Of a stretch of 43,762 nt of DNA, positions 17,713 through 26,594 are shown piece after piece. Within the stretch, counting starts at the first letter, position 1; each line of letters starts with the position of its first letter. A model generated the notes under the pieces. It searched no databases. It saw nothing but the letters and a program-made list of their open reading frames with translations, and had not been told where the DNA came from. Made by a program: the position numbers and the translations under genes. Source of the DNA: an uncultured Christensenella sp. (lineage in GTDB: Bacteria > Bacillota > Clostridia > Christensenellales > UBA1242); assembly GCA_949293915.1 (NCBI GenBank), contig CASFFJ010000068.1:1-43762 (forward strand). The letters are read 5' to 3'.

Positions 17713-20228
17713 TATTCTTCAATCCTTTTTAATGTAAAACATTCAATTCTATCGCCTACTTGAATTTCATCAAAATTGGTTAATTTAATACCACATTCTC
17801 TATCTTTACCTGCTTCTTTGACATCATCCTTGACAATTTTCAATGATTTAATTTCGCTGGTTGCAATAAGTTCATCTCCACGATAAACTTTAACGTGTTC
17901 GCCACGAACAATTTTACCATCGCGAACAATACTACCAGCAACAATGCCAACACCAGTCAATTTGAATACGATTAATACTTCAGCTTTACCTAAATAAATT
18001 TCTTCGTATTTAGGTTCTTTCATACCTTTAATGATAGACTCTATATCTTCTAACAATTCATAAATAATTTTGTATGAATAAATTTTTATTTTCATACGCT
18101 CAGCTAGTGTTTTTACCTTGCTGTCTTGACCAACATTAAATGCAATAACCATAGCGTTTGATGCATTAGCCAAAATTAAATCACTCTCACTAACCGCGCC
18201 TACGCCACTATGCAAGATATTAATTTTAACCTCATCATTGATTAATTTTGCGATTGATGATTTGATAGCTTCTAGTGAACCATTTACATCAGTTTTTAGT
18301 ATTACATTTAAAATTTTGACATCTTTTTCGCTTGTTTTTTGTATTAAATCTTCTAAGGTATTACCGCCACTACCCTTGAGTAGTTCTTCTCTTTGTTTAG
18401 CACGTCTATCTTCAACAATTTGCTTTGACAATTTCTCATCAACAACAGTGAATGTTTCGCCTGCATTAGGTACTTCATTAAAACCTAATACAGTTACAGG
18501 CATACTTGGAGTTGCAACTTTGACTTGTTTATTGTTCTCATCAATCATTGCTTTTACTTTACACAAACTCTTGCCTGAAACTATTGTATCTCCAACCTTT
18601 AATGAACCATCGATTACAATTAATGATGCCAATGCACCTTTACCTTTATCTAGTCTAGCCTCTAAAATTGTTCCTATTGCTGGCGAATTTGGATTTGCTT
18701 TAAGATTTTGCATATCGGCAACAAACAAAATTGTTTCTAACAACTTATCAATTCCTTCGCCTGTGAGCGCAGAAATCTTACAAACAATCGCATCTCCACC
18801 CCACGCTTCTGGCAACACATTATGCTCTGCTAACTGTTGCAATATTCTATCAGGGTCTGCCTGTGGCTTATCCATTTTGTTGATTGCAACAATCATAGGT
18901 ATATTTGCAGATTTAATATGGTTAATTGCTTCCACTGTTTGTGGCATAATGCCATCATCTGCTGCAACAATCAATATTGCAATATCTGTAACTGATGCAC
19001 CACGTGCACGCATTGCAGTAAACGCTTCGTGACCAGGCGTGTCAATAAATGTAATATACTTGCCATTAACATCTACACGATACGCACCTATTGCTTGTGT
19101 GATACCACCAGCTTCACTCAATGTAACTTTGGTCTTTCTAATGTAGTCAAGCAAACTAGTTTTACCATGGTCAACGTGCCCCATTACAGTTACAATTGGT
19201 GGTCGTGGTTCAGCATCCTCATCTGAATATGATCTAATATCTTTTTGGACTTCTTTAAGTTTGTCTTCACTAGTTTTGTCAAGTTTTTGGATTAATTCAA
19301 CACCCATATCATTCATTACTAGTTCGGCCGTGTCAAAATCAATAGTTGAATTAATTGTTACCATCATACCTAACAGCATAAATTTTTTAATGATTTCACT
19401 GACAGGTTTTCCGCTCAATTCTGACAATAATTTAATTGTAATATTGTCAGTTGTAATGACTGCTGGACCTTGTGGCTTTTGCACTACTTGAGGTGTTGTT
19501 TCTTTTTTCTTTGGACGGAACTTTCTAGACAACATTCTGTCTTCTGTATTTTCTTCAACCATCATTCCGCGCTTTAATAAATCACGTTTTGTATATTGAC
19601 GTTTTTCCTCAAAATGTTCATTTTCTTTTTTCTTATTATTAAAATTACGACTTGGTGTTTGAGTGATTATCGGTTGAGCGTAATTAATTGATGGTTGCTT
19701 TGAATATTCTTTTTGAGAACGTTCTTTATTTTGATTGAATGGTTTGTTTTGATTGAATGGCCTGTTCTGATTGTATGACCTATTCTGATTGTTTTGATTT
19801 TGATAATTCCTATTATTAGGCTGTTGATTAAATGAATTATAAGGTTTGTATGGCTTATTGAAATCATTCCTTGTATTATCTTTTGTTTTATTATTAATAA
19901 CTTGTTCTTTAGGTTGTTTTTTGGCTGAAAAAGATGGCAAAGAAGTGGCTTCTTTAAGTTGTTCTGTTATTGTTTCTTGTTTAGGCTGTTCAATTTTTGA
20001 TTCTAGCAGAACTTCTTTGTCTTTCATATTTGATATTAAACTAGCCTCTTTGTCTTTAACTGTTCGCACAAGATTATTAATTTCAATTTTTAAATTATAA
20101 TAACTCTCTGCAAGATTTATAAACAACTTGTCGTGTATCATTGTTTGCAGTTGTTTTATAGATTTATTAAATTCTTGATTTTTGTTTTCAATAGCCAATC
20201 TTAATTTCTCCTTTATTAATTTAAGCAA
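17712..20228 (-). CDS. infB: translation initiation factor IF-2
   Basis: GTPase core (RPPIVTVMGHVDHGKTSLLD, DTPGHEAF, NKMD) plus C-terminal IF-2 domains. The annotated start at 20228 is a TTG with no SD, so the true start is uncertain. The N-terminal ~330 aa are low-complexity or coiled. Confidence 0.93.
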   Translation of the reverse strand: MLKLIKEKLRLAIENKNQEFNKSIKQLQTMIHDKLFINLAESYYNLKIEINNLVRTVKDKEASLISNMKDKEVLLESKIEQPKQETITEQLKEATSLPSFSAKKQPKEQVINNKTKDNTRNDFNKPYKPYNSFNQQPNNRNYQNQNNQNRSYNQNRPFNQNKPFNQNKERSQKEYSKQPSINYAQPIITQTPSRNFNNKKKENEHFEEKRQYTKRDLLKRGMMVEENTEDRMLSRKFRPKKKETTPQVVQKPQGPAVITTDNITIKLLSELSGKPVSEIIKKFMLLGMMVTINSTIDFDTAELVMNDMGVELIQKLDKTSEDKLKEVQKDIRSYSDEDAEPRPPIVTVMGHVDHGKTSLLDYIRKTKVTLSEAGGITQAIGAYRVDVNGKYITFIDTPGHEAFTAMRARGASVTDIAILIVAADDGIMPQTVEAINHIKSANIPMIVAINKMDKPQADPDRILQQLAEHNVLPEAWGGDAIVCKISALTGEGIDKLLETILFVADMQNLKANPNSPAIGTILEARLDKGKGALASLIVIDGSLKVGDTIVSGKSLCKVKAMIDENNKQVKVATPSMPVTVLGFNEVPNAGETFTVVDEKLSKQIVEDRRAKQREELLKGSGGNTLEDLIQKTSEKDVKILNVILKTDVNGSLEAIKSSIAKLINDEVKINILHSGVGAVSESDLILANASNAMVIAFNVGQDSKVKTLAERMKIKIYSYKIIYELLEDIESIIKGMKEPKYEEIYLGKAEVLIVFKLTGVGIVAGSIVRDGKIVRGEHVKVYRGDELIATSEIKSLKIVKDDVKEAGKDRECGIKLTNFDEIQVGDRIECFTLKRIEE
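19719..19868 (-). repeat. N/Q-rich low-complexity segment of IF-2 with 18-nt (hexapeptide NQN[RK]PF) tandem repeats
   Basis: The protein reads NDFNKPYKPYNSFNQQPNNRNYQNQNNQNRSYNQNRPFNQNKPFNQNKER. The DNA shows ttgattgaatgg[tc][tc]tgtt units in tandem around 19730-19790. Confidence 0.6.
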
Positions 20229-20482
20229 TTTAAATTATCATATTCTGCTAATTTATCATAAATCTCATTAGGTACATTCATCCTAAATGATTTATTTAAC
20301 AAATGCTTTTTAATCGTTATGTTAATACATTCATTGTTTTTGCAAACATACGCCCCTCTACCACCAAGTTTATTATTGACATCTAGTTGAAAATAGTTAT
20401 CAATTTTTGAAATGCGTAAAAGGTCAGTTTGAATTTTCGGTTTTCTACAAGCAACACATCTTCGTTCTTGTTTTATATGCAT
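20216..20482 (-). CDS. ylxR: YlxR/RnpM family (DUF448) RNA-binding protein
   Basis: RRCVACRKPKIQTDLLRI...GRGAYVC motif. Conserved position between nusA and infB. Confidence 0.85.
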   Translation of the reverse strand: MHIKQERRCVACRKPKIQTDLLRISKIDNYFQLDVNNKLGGRGAYVCKNNECINITIKKHLLNKSFRMNVPNEIYDKLAEYDNLNCLN

Positions 20483-20491
20483 TATAAACTC

Positions 20492-21613
20492 CTACTCATC
20501 AATATCGTTGAAGAAGTCATCATCTAAAACAATGTTAGCGTTGGTCGTGCTAACCACATCATTAGTTTTATGCTCTATTGCTTTGTTTGCTTTAACATCA
20601 ATTTTGTATCCAGTTAGTTTCGCTGCCAAACGAACATTGTGACCACCTTTACCTATTGCAAGTGATAATTTATTCTCTGGTACTGTTACATTAGCAATGC
20701 CTGCAGGCGTATCAACAGTGATTTCACTAACTTCGGCAGAGCTTAATGCAGATACAATATAATCTGCTGGGTTATCACTATATGCAATTATATCAATTTT
20801 TTCGCCATTTAATTCGTTGATGATTGAATTGATACGCATACCTTTATTACCAATGCACGCACCAACTGGGTCAAGATTTGCAACACTCGTACTGACAGCA
20901 ACTTTTGTCCTCAATCCCGGCTCACGCACGATATTTACAATAGATACAACACCATTTGCAAGTTCTGGGACTTCCATCTCTAGCAACAATCTAACAAAAT
21001 TTACATGCGTTCTACTAACTTGAACAACTGTTCCTTTAAAGTCTTCTTTAATATGACGCACGTATACTTTAACTTTGTCGCCAATTTTGAAATTATCAGT
21101 TGGAAGCATATCCTTTTTGGTTAACAATCCTTCAAGCGTTGTACCACCGATTTCTAGATAAACATTATCCGCATCATAGCGTTTAACATTGGCAACAACA
21201 AGCTTGCCTTCTTTCTCTGCTATGTCTTTGAAAACTGATTGTTTCTCAATCTCTTTAATTTTTTGAGTGATGACTTGTTTGGCTGTTTGAACAGCAATGC
21301 GGTTAAATTCTTTAGTGCTTTCTTCTTGCATAACCATATCGCCAACTTTGTATGACTTTTTAATTTTACGTGCATCTTCCAAACTAATCTCTTTATCTTC
21401 ATCCTCTACATTCTCAACTACTGTCCTGTAAGAGTAAATTTTAATAGTATGTTTTTCTGGATTTAGTTTAACTTGCGTATTCTTTGCCATACCACTATTC
21501 TTCTTGTATGCCGCAGTAAGCGCTTGCTCTAATGCTGAGATAAACACATCGCTAGAAATGCCTTTTTCTGTTTCTAAATCTCTTAATGCTTCAAAAAAAT
21601 CTTTATTAATCAC
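20492..21613 (-). CDS. nusA: transcription termination/antitermination factor NusA
   Basis: N-terminal domain (FFEALRDLETEKGIS), S1 domain, and two KH domains (ACIGNKGMRINSII, AIGKGGHNVRLAAKLTG). Confidence 0.95.
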   Translation of the reverse strand: MINKDFFEALRDLETEKGISSDVFISALEQALTAAYKKNSGMAKNTQVKLNPEKHTIKIYSYRTVVENVEDEDKEISLEDARKIKKSYKVGDMVMQEESTKEFNRIAVQTAKQVITQKIKEIEKQSVFKDIAEKEGKLVVANVKRYDADNVYLEIGGTTLEGLLTKKDMLPTDNFKIGDKVKVYVRHIKEDFKGTVVQVSRTHVNFVRLLLEMEVPELANGVVSIVNIVREPGLRTKVAVSTSVANLDPVGACIGNKGMRINSIINELNGEKIDIIAYSDNPADYIVSALSSAEVSEITVDTPAGIANVTVPENKLSLAIGKGGHNVRLAAKLTGYKIDVKANKAIEHKTNDVVSTTNANIVLDDDFFNDIDE

Positions 21614-21626
21614 AATCTGCTCCTTT

Positions 21627-22085
21627 TTAATTAAAATCTATATATGGTGTGATATATGCAATATCTACTCTAGATATTGTACAAAGCTGTCCATCTAAAT
21701 CAAATGTAAAATCTTTGTCTGAATAGTTTTTTAATATTGCGCTAAACTCTTTCATATTATCTATTTTTCTATACAATTTAACATCCACTTTTTGATTTAA
21801 ATATTTATCAAACTGCCAAGAAAATTTAAGCGGTTTATCTAATCCGTAAGATGATACATCTAAGATATAAGGCTTGTCATCTGTTGGGTTGAGCGTTTCT
21901 AATGTTTCATCTATAAGATTGTTGACAAAAACGCAATCATCAATAGTTATAGCATCTTGCTTATCAATATAAATAACCAAATGCATACCATCATTCTTTT
22001 TGACATATTCAACATCAACTAATCTTATGTCAGTGTTTGAAAATAATGGTTCGATTTCTTTAAAAACTAATTCTGCAACTTTCAT
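21627..22085 (-). CDS. rimP: ribosome maturation factor RimP
   Basis: 152 aa with a typical RimP pattern (LVDVEYVKKNDGMHLVIYIDK...ITIDDC), immediately upstream of nusA. SD aaaggag is present. Confidence 0.9.
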   Translation of the reverse strand: MKVAELVFKEIEPLFSNTDIRLVDVEYVKKNDGMHLVIYIDKQDAITIDDCVFVNNLIDETLETLNPTDDKPYILDVSSYGLDKPLKFSWQFDKYLNQKVDVKLYRKIDNMKEFSAILKNYSDKDFTFDLDGQLCTISRVDIAYITPYIDFN

Positions 22086-22105
22086 ATCACTCCTTTAAAA
22101 TCAAG

Positions 22106-22127
22106 TAGGAGTGGCGAGCCACTCCTA
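22106..22127 (-). promoter_or_regulatory. GC-rich leader hairpin of the rimP-nusA-infB operon
   Basis: taggagtgg-cgag-ccactccta forms a 9-bp stem with a 4-nt loop. On the minus strand it is followed by ACUUGAUUUUAAAGGAG, an interrupted U-tract running into the rimP SD. It begins about 6 nt after the predicted transcription start. Confidence 0.6.
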
Positions 22128-22139
22128 GTAATCTATTAT

Positions 22140-22168
22140 ATTATACCATAACAAAATAAAATAATCAA
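22140..22168 (-). promoter_or_regulatory. near-consensus extended -10 sigma-A promoter for rimP-nusA-ylxR-infB-rbfA-truB
   Basis: Minus strand: TTGATT (22163-22168), 17-nt spacer ending TGg, TATAAT (22140-22145). Confidence 0.65.
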
Positions 22169-22202
22169 TAGATTTTAATTATTTTTTATTAAATAACTTA
22201 GT

Positions 22203-23717
22203 TTACATTAATTTAATAAAAACTTTAGCGGTTGCTGTTGCATCATTTATTGCCCTATGTGCATTATCTAATATAACGCCTAATTTTTCAACAACAGTGC
22301 CAAGTTTATAATTTTTCAAACCTTTTAATTTCTCGCGCGACATTATCATTGTATCCATAGTAGGATTATCAAAATTATATGAATATTTTTTGCCTGCATT
22401 GTGAATAAATGAAATATCGAAAGCAATGTTATGCGCTACCATTGTAGAACCATAGCAAAATTTATAAAAATCAGGTAAAACATAGTTGATTGTAGGGGCA
22501 TCTTTAACCATATTATCATCAATACCAGTTAAATCTGTGATTTCGCTAGGTATATGGCGTTCAGGATTTACAAACGTTGAAAATAGTTCTATAATTTTGC
22601 CATCTTGAATTTTGCAAGCACCTATCTCTATAATTGAGTCTTTGTCTGCCTCCAGCCCAGTGGTTTCAATATCAAAAACAACGAATGAACCTTCAAAAAC
22701 CTTGTCATCTTGCATAAATAAATCAGCCTGTTCATAATCAATATATTTAGTAGGAAAAACTGTATGATATTCATCGTTAACTGATTTATTGCCAGTCTGT
22801 TTTTGGACTTTATTATAAACACATCTACCTATTGTTGTTGCTGTGAAATTTAGTTTGTTATTATATTCTCTAAACGAACCATAACAACAGACACTCATCC
22901 CCACTTCAATCAAGTCCCCTTTCGCTTCATCTGCTTGTTTTGGGAAAATCGAACAATATATAATTTTATTATCATTTTTTATTGCAAATGAGTAAAATAC
23001 GCGTTCAATATCTTTTGTCTCTTTATTCTTGGTGTAATGTTTTGTGTAATTTCGCTTTTGAATTGAGATGATATCCCCGCATATTACTACATTCTCAATA
23101 GGGGAAGTTATTGTTGAATAATCAATTGCAACAGAATAATCATTATTGCCTATAATATTGGTTATTTCTGTTAAATTAAATATTGTTTTTTCTTCACGTG
23201 GTTTAATGCTCTCCATTAATTCTATGTTGCTTTCAATATAATTCTTTGCAACAATTTCATCTTCTTTTTTTATGAAATTTACATTAAAGTCTGCTAGAAA
23301 ACTATCTTTTAATTTCTCAGCAACTAAACTCTCACGATTGACTCCAACTGCATAATCATATACACTATTTGATAACTTTAATGTTAAATTGACTGTCATA
23401 TTGTCAATCTCAACCATAATATCTTCTAATGAAAAATTTTTACTAACTGCTGGGAAGTTATTGATTAATGTAGTATATGTATGACTGGCAATGGCACGTT
23501 TATCTAATGGACAACGAATAAAATTAATCTCAAAATTGACATAGTTGCCAACTAATTCTGTTAATTTGTCAATAATAAATTGGCGTTTATCATCTGTAAT
23601 GCTAAAAAGTTCGGGATTATATAAAAAATTGACAACACAAGCATTAGTCTTCTCTGTGTAGATGGCATCTTTTAATTTTAAACCTGCATATATTTTGTCA
23701 AAAATCTCTAATTCCAT
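22203..23717 (-). CDS. PolC-like N-terminal/OB-fold region fused to a DEDDh 3'-5' exonuclease (no PHP or polymerase core)
   Basis: Exo I FVVFDIETTGL (aa 345-355), Exo II VAHNIAFD (427-434), Exo III HRAINDATATAKVF (487-500). An OB-like segment spans about aa 205-300. The gene occupies the polC position between rseP and rimP. Confidence 0.8.
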   Translation of the reverse strand: MELEIFDKIYAGLKLKDAIYTEKTNACVVNFLYNPELFSITDDKRQFIIDKLTELVGNYVNFEINFIRCPLDKRAIASHTYTTLINNFPAVSKNFSLEDIMVEIDNMTVNLTLKLSNSVYDYAVGVNRESLVAEKLKDSFLADFNVNFIKKEDEIVAKNYIESNIELMESIKPREEKTIFNLTEITNIIGNNDYSVAIDYSTITSPIENVVICGDIISIQKRNYTKHYTKNKETKDIERVFYSFAIKNDNKIIYCSIFPKQADEAKGDLIEVGMSVCCYGSFREYNNKLNFTATTIGRCVYNKVQKQTGNKSVNDEYHTVFPTKYIDYEQADLFMQDDKVFEGSFVVFDIETTGLEADKDSIIEIGACKIQDGKIIELFSTFVNPERHIPSEITDLTGIDDNMVKDAPTINYVLPDFYKFCYGSTMVAHNIAFDISFIHNAGKKYSYNFDNPTMDTMIMSREKLKGLKNYKLGTVVEKLGVILDNAHRAINDATATAKVFIKLM

Positions 23718-23730
23718 ATTTGTATTGTAA

Positions 23731-23765
23731 CAAAAAAAGCCAAAACTGTCAATAGAAGTTTGGCT
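23731..23765 (-). terminator. terminator-like hairpin directly after the rseP stop
   Basis: Stem agccaaa (23738-23744) / tttggct (23759-23765) with a 14-nt loop. On the minus strand it is followed by U6-7. It sits only about 14 nt upstream of the exonuclease ATG (23717). Confidence 0.6.
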
Positions 23766-24935
23766 CTATAATATCAATTGGACAACATCAATAATTATTA
23801 CGAATCCTAACAAAACTAATAATCCTATATTATTGATTGCATTGATAACTTTTCTGTTTATTGGCTTCTTTCTTATCCATTCAATTAGCACAAATATCAT
23901 TTGAAAACCATCAAGCGCCGGTATTGGTAGCAAGTTAAATACCGCTAAATTAACTGCTATTAATGGTAATAAAATTAATAGATAAACTAAACTTTGTTGC
24001 GCATTTGATGCAATCATATTGATTGTTGTGACTGGCCCACCCAATGATTTTATACTTAATTGTCCAGTAATTAACTGACCAAAAATCACTAGTATTTTGT
24101 ATGCCCATTTACAAGTAAATGGCACTGCTTCTTTTAGACTTTCTAAAAATGTATAACGATAAGTCACTAGCACAAAATCACCCTTGTCCGTAACTTCTGT
24201 TTCACATAATGACCAGCCCGCCATCTTTCCATTAGTGTCATAGATTACATTGATATAGCCATCAACCACAATTTCCTTACCATCTCGGCGAATATTGTAA
24301 GGCATAGGTTGTTTATCCATATAATATGTTTTATTGTCTTGCTTAAAATCATATTCTTTAGACAAATCTTCGCCTAAATAGCTAGTATAATTGTCTTTAA
24401 CATAATCACTAATCAAACTATTGATATTGTCATCTTTTACAAAATCAATGTCTGTATTATCAATACCAACAATCACATCTTGTGAGTATAAATAACCATA
24501 GTTTATTGAATCCGCAGTGATATCTTTTACTTGCACTAAATCGTAACCATGTGAAACAAGCAAAATAAATGAAAATATAATCGCACTTAAAAAATTAAAA
24601 AACGCACCATAAAATAAAACGATCAATCGTTTCCATGGCTTTTGATTATTAAAAGCATCGGGATTTACATTCCCCTCTTCATCTTCGCCTTCAAAAGCAC
24701 AATAACCACCTAGTGGTAATGCTCTAAGGCTGATTTTTTCACCATTTTTTTTAGTTTTTTGTAAGATTTTTGGTCCAAAACCAACACTGAACTCATTGAT
24801 TTTAAATTTTAAAATTTTACCCGCTGTGTAATGACCTAATTCATGTATCAGTACCATAAATAACAAAACAATAACGGCTAATATTATATAGCCGATAGAA
24901 CTGAATACAGATGATATTGATAAAATGTTAAACAT
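23766..24935 (-). CDS. rseP: RIP (site-2) zinc metalloprotease RseP/RasP, M50 family
   Basis: HELGHY at the N-terminal TM helix, a central PDZ-like insert, and NLLPIPALDG near the C-terminus. Position downstream of cdsA. Confidence 0.9.
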   Translation of the reverse strand: MFNILSISSVFSSIGYIILAVIVLLFMVLIHELGHYTAGKILKFKINEFSVGFGPKILQKTKKNGEKISLRALPLGGYCAFEGEDEEGNVNPDAFNNQKPWKRLIVLFYGAFFNFLSAIIFSFILLVSHGYDLVQVKDITADSINYGYLYSQDVIVGIDNTDIDFVKDDNINSLISDYVKDNYTSYLGEDLSKEYDFKQDNKTYYMDKQPMPYNIRRDGKEIVVDGYINVIYDTNGKMAGWSLCETEVTDKGDFVLVTYRYTFLESLKEAVPFTCKWAYKILVIFGQLITGQLSIKSLGGPVTTINMIASNAQQSLVYLLILLPLIAVNLAVFNLLPIPALDGFQMIFVLIEWIRKKPINRKVINAINNIGLLVLLGFVIIIDVVQLIL

Positions 24936-24967
24936 ATTTTATTAATTATAATACTTAAATTTAAAAA

Positions 24968-25870
24968 TTATGCAAGAATAATTAGAATAATAATGTAAAG
25001 GAATGTCACGCAAAAGATTAATGCATCAATCCTATCCAACATTCCACCATGACCTGGCAATAAATTTCCGCTATCCTTTATGCCTGCTTTTCGCTTTAGA
25101 TAACTCTCAAATAAATCTCCGCATTGGCTAATTGCTGAACCAAATAATCCTATGAGCAAAAATTGCCACCAAGATAAATTGTACATACTGAGTAATAGAT
25201 TTAAATTGCCTACATTATAGATTAGTGCATATACAAGCATAGCACCTAAAATACCACCCAACAAACCGCCTATGCTACCGCTAATAGTCTTTTTGGGGCT
25301 GATTTTTGGTGCTAGTTTTGGACCTTTAAGTTTAGAACCAATTAGATAAGCGAATGTATCGCTAAGCATTGTAATAGCAAACGCCATAACAATAAACATC
25401 ATTGATATATACTCAATACCTGCAAAACTGTCCATTCGGTTGATTACAAGTATCAAACCAAACAAAAATGATGGATATATGCACGCTAAAATGCTGTTAA
25501 AACCTACAACACAACTATTTTTAAACTTATTATCCGATTTATTCTTAATCAGTTCTACTATCACAATCAAAATGTAATATATTAATAGCGAAGCAAGTTC
25601 TATTAAAATCAACCAATAGTGTTTCACTTCATTAAAGCACATTAAGAGAATAATATAGTTAAAAATAAGATACATTGATGTCATATACTTATTGACAGGT
25701 TTATTTATTTTATCCATAATATTGCACATTTCAAATCCAGCAACAATTGAAACAAGAATAATAAATATATCAAAAATGTAATCGCCAATGTTGTATGGTA
25801 AAAATTTACTCACAATAGCAAGTGCTACTGCTAAAACTACAAAAAATCCTGTAATCACTCTTTTTTTCAT
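24968..25870 (-). CDS. cdsA: phosphatidate cytidylyltransferase
   Basis: Polytopic protein with the C-terminal signature [29 protein letters not shown]. Confidence 0.92.
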   Translation of the reverse strand: MKKRVITGFFVVLAVALAIVSKFLPYNIGDYIFDIFIILVSIVAGFEMCNIMDKINKPVNKYMTSMYLIFNYIILLMCFNEVKHYWLILIELASLLIYYILIVIVELIKNKSDNKFKNSCVVGFNSILACIYPSFLFGLILVINRMDSFAGIEYISMMFIVMAFAITMLSDTFAYLIGSKLKGPKLAPKISPKKTISGSIGGLLGGILGAMLVYALIYNVGNLNLLLSMYNLSWWQFLLIGLFGSAISQCGDLFESYLKRKAGIKDSGNLLPGHGGMLDRIDALIFCVTFLYIIILIILA

Positions 25871-25873
25871 AAA

Positions 25874-26593
25874 CTATCCTTTTATTGCTCCAAAGCGCCT
25901 ATTTCTACGCATAAACACCTTTAAAGCCTTAATCATATGTTTTTTATTAAAACCCGGCCATTCGACTTTTGGAAAATAAAGTTCGCTATAACTTGACTGC
26001 CACGGACAAAAATTACTCAACCTTTGTTCGCCAGAAGTACGTATAATAAAATCTAATGGTAACATATCTTTTGTATATAAATATTGCTCGAATTGTTGCT
26101 CATTTACAGATTTTAAGTTATCAGATATGAGACTATTAACTGCAGATAAAATTTCTTGTCTACCACCATAATTTATGCAAGAATTGAGTATAAAACCTGT
26201 TTTTGATTTTGTTAACTCAATTAGTTCTTTTGCTTTATTGCGCACATTTAATGGTAAGCGTTCATCATTTAAATCTCCAGAAATGATTATGCGGACATCC
26301 TTATCAAGATATTTATTTTTGTATTCATCCAACATTTCTTCAAAAAGTTGCATTAAATAATCAACTTCTTCTTTCGGACGATTCCAGTTTTCTGTTGAAA
26401 AGCAATAGATTGATAAATTTTTAATTCCAAGTTGCTCAACAAACTCGATTTGTTTTTTTAAATTCTCAAAACCAAACTTATGCCCCATACTACGTGACAT
26501 ACCACGTTTTTTTGCCCATCTGCCATTGCCATCAATAATAACGCCTATATGCTTAGGTAAACGCTTATCTGATTTAATTTTTTCGATATTCAT
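25874..26593 (-). CDS. uppS: isoprenyl transferase (undecaprenyl diphosphate synthase)
   Basis: PKHIGVIIDGNGRWA, FSTENWNRP, and the RTSGEQRLSNF and RRFG motifs. ATG 26593 (MNIEKIK) avoids the long overlap with frr implied by the track ORF. Confidence 0.93.
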   Translation of the reverse strand: MNIEKIKSDKRLPKHIGVIIDGNGRWAKKRGMSRSMGHKFGFENLKKQIEFVEQLGIKNLSIYCFSTENWNRPKEEVDYLMQLFEEMLDEYKNKYLDKDVRIIISGDLNDERLPLNVRNKAKELIELTKSKTGFILNSCINYGGRQEILSAVNSLISDNLKSVNEQQFEQYLYTKDMLPLDFIIRTSGEQRLSNFCPWQSSYSELYFPKVEWPGFNKKHMIKALKVFMRRNRRFGAIKG

Positions 26594-26594
26594 T

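Noticed and set aside
18238-19032. 264-aa plus-strand ORF antisense to the infB GTPase region, and similar antisense ORFs elsewhere (for example 2715-2990, 8456-8731, 30708-31115, 34826-35158, 12599-13777).
   Set aside because: All lie fully inside strongly supported genes on the opposite strand. Their products are Ser/Leu/Ile-rich and low-complexity with no motifs and no SD. These are typical shadow ORFs.
19667-19867. 66-aa minus-strand ORF in an alternative frame of the infB repeat region (..IRIGHTIRTGHSIKTNHSIK..).
   Set aside because: Its periodic sequence is just the out-of-frame reading of the 18-nt NQN[RK]PF repeats of IF-2. There is no independent start signal.
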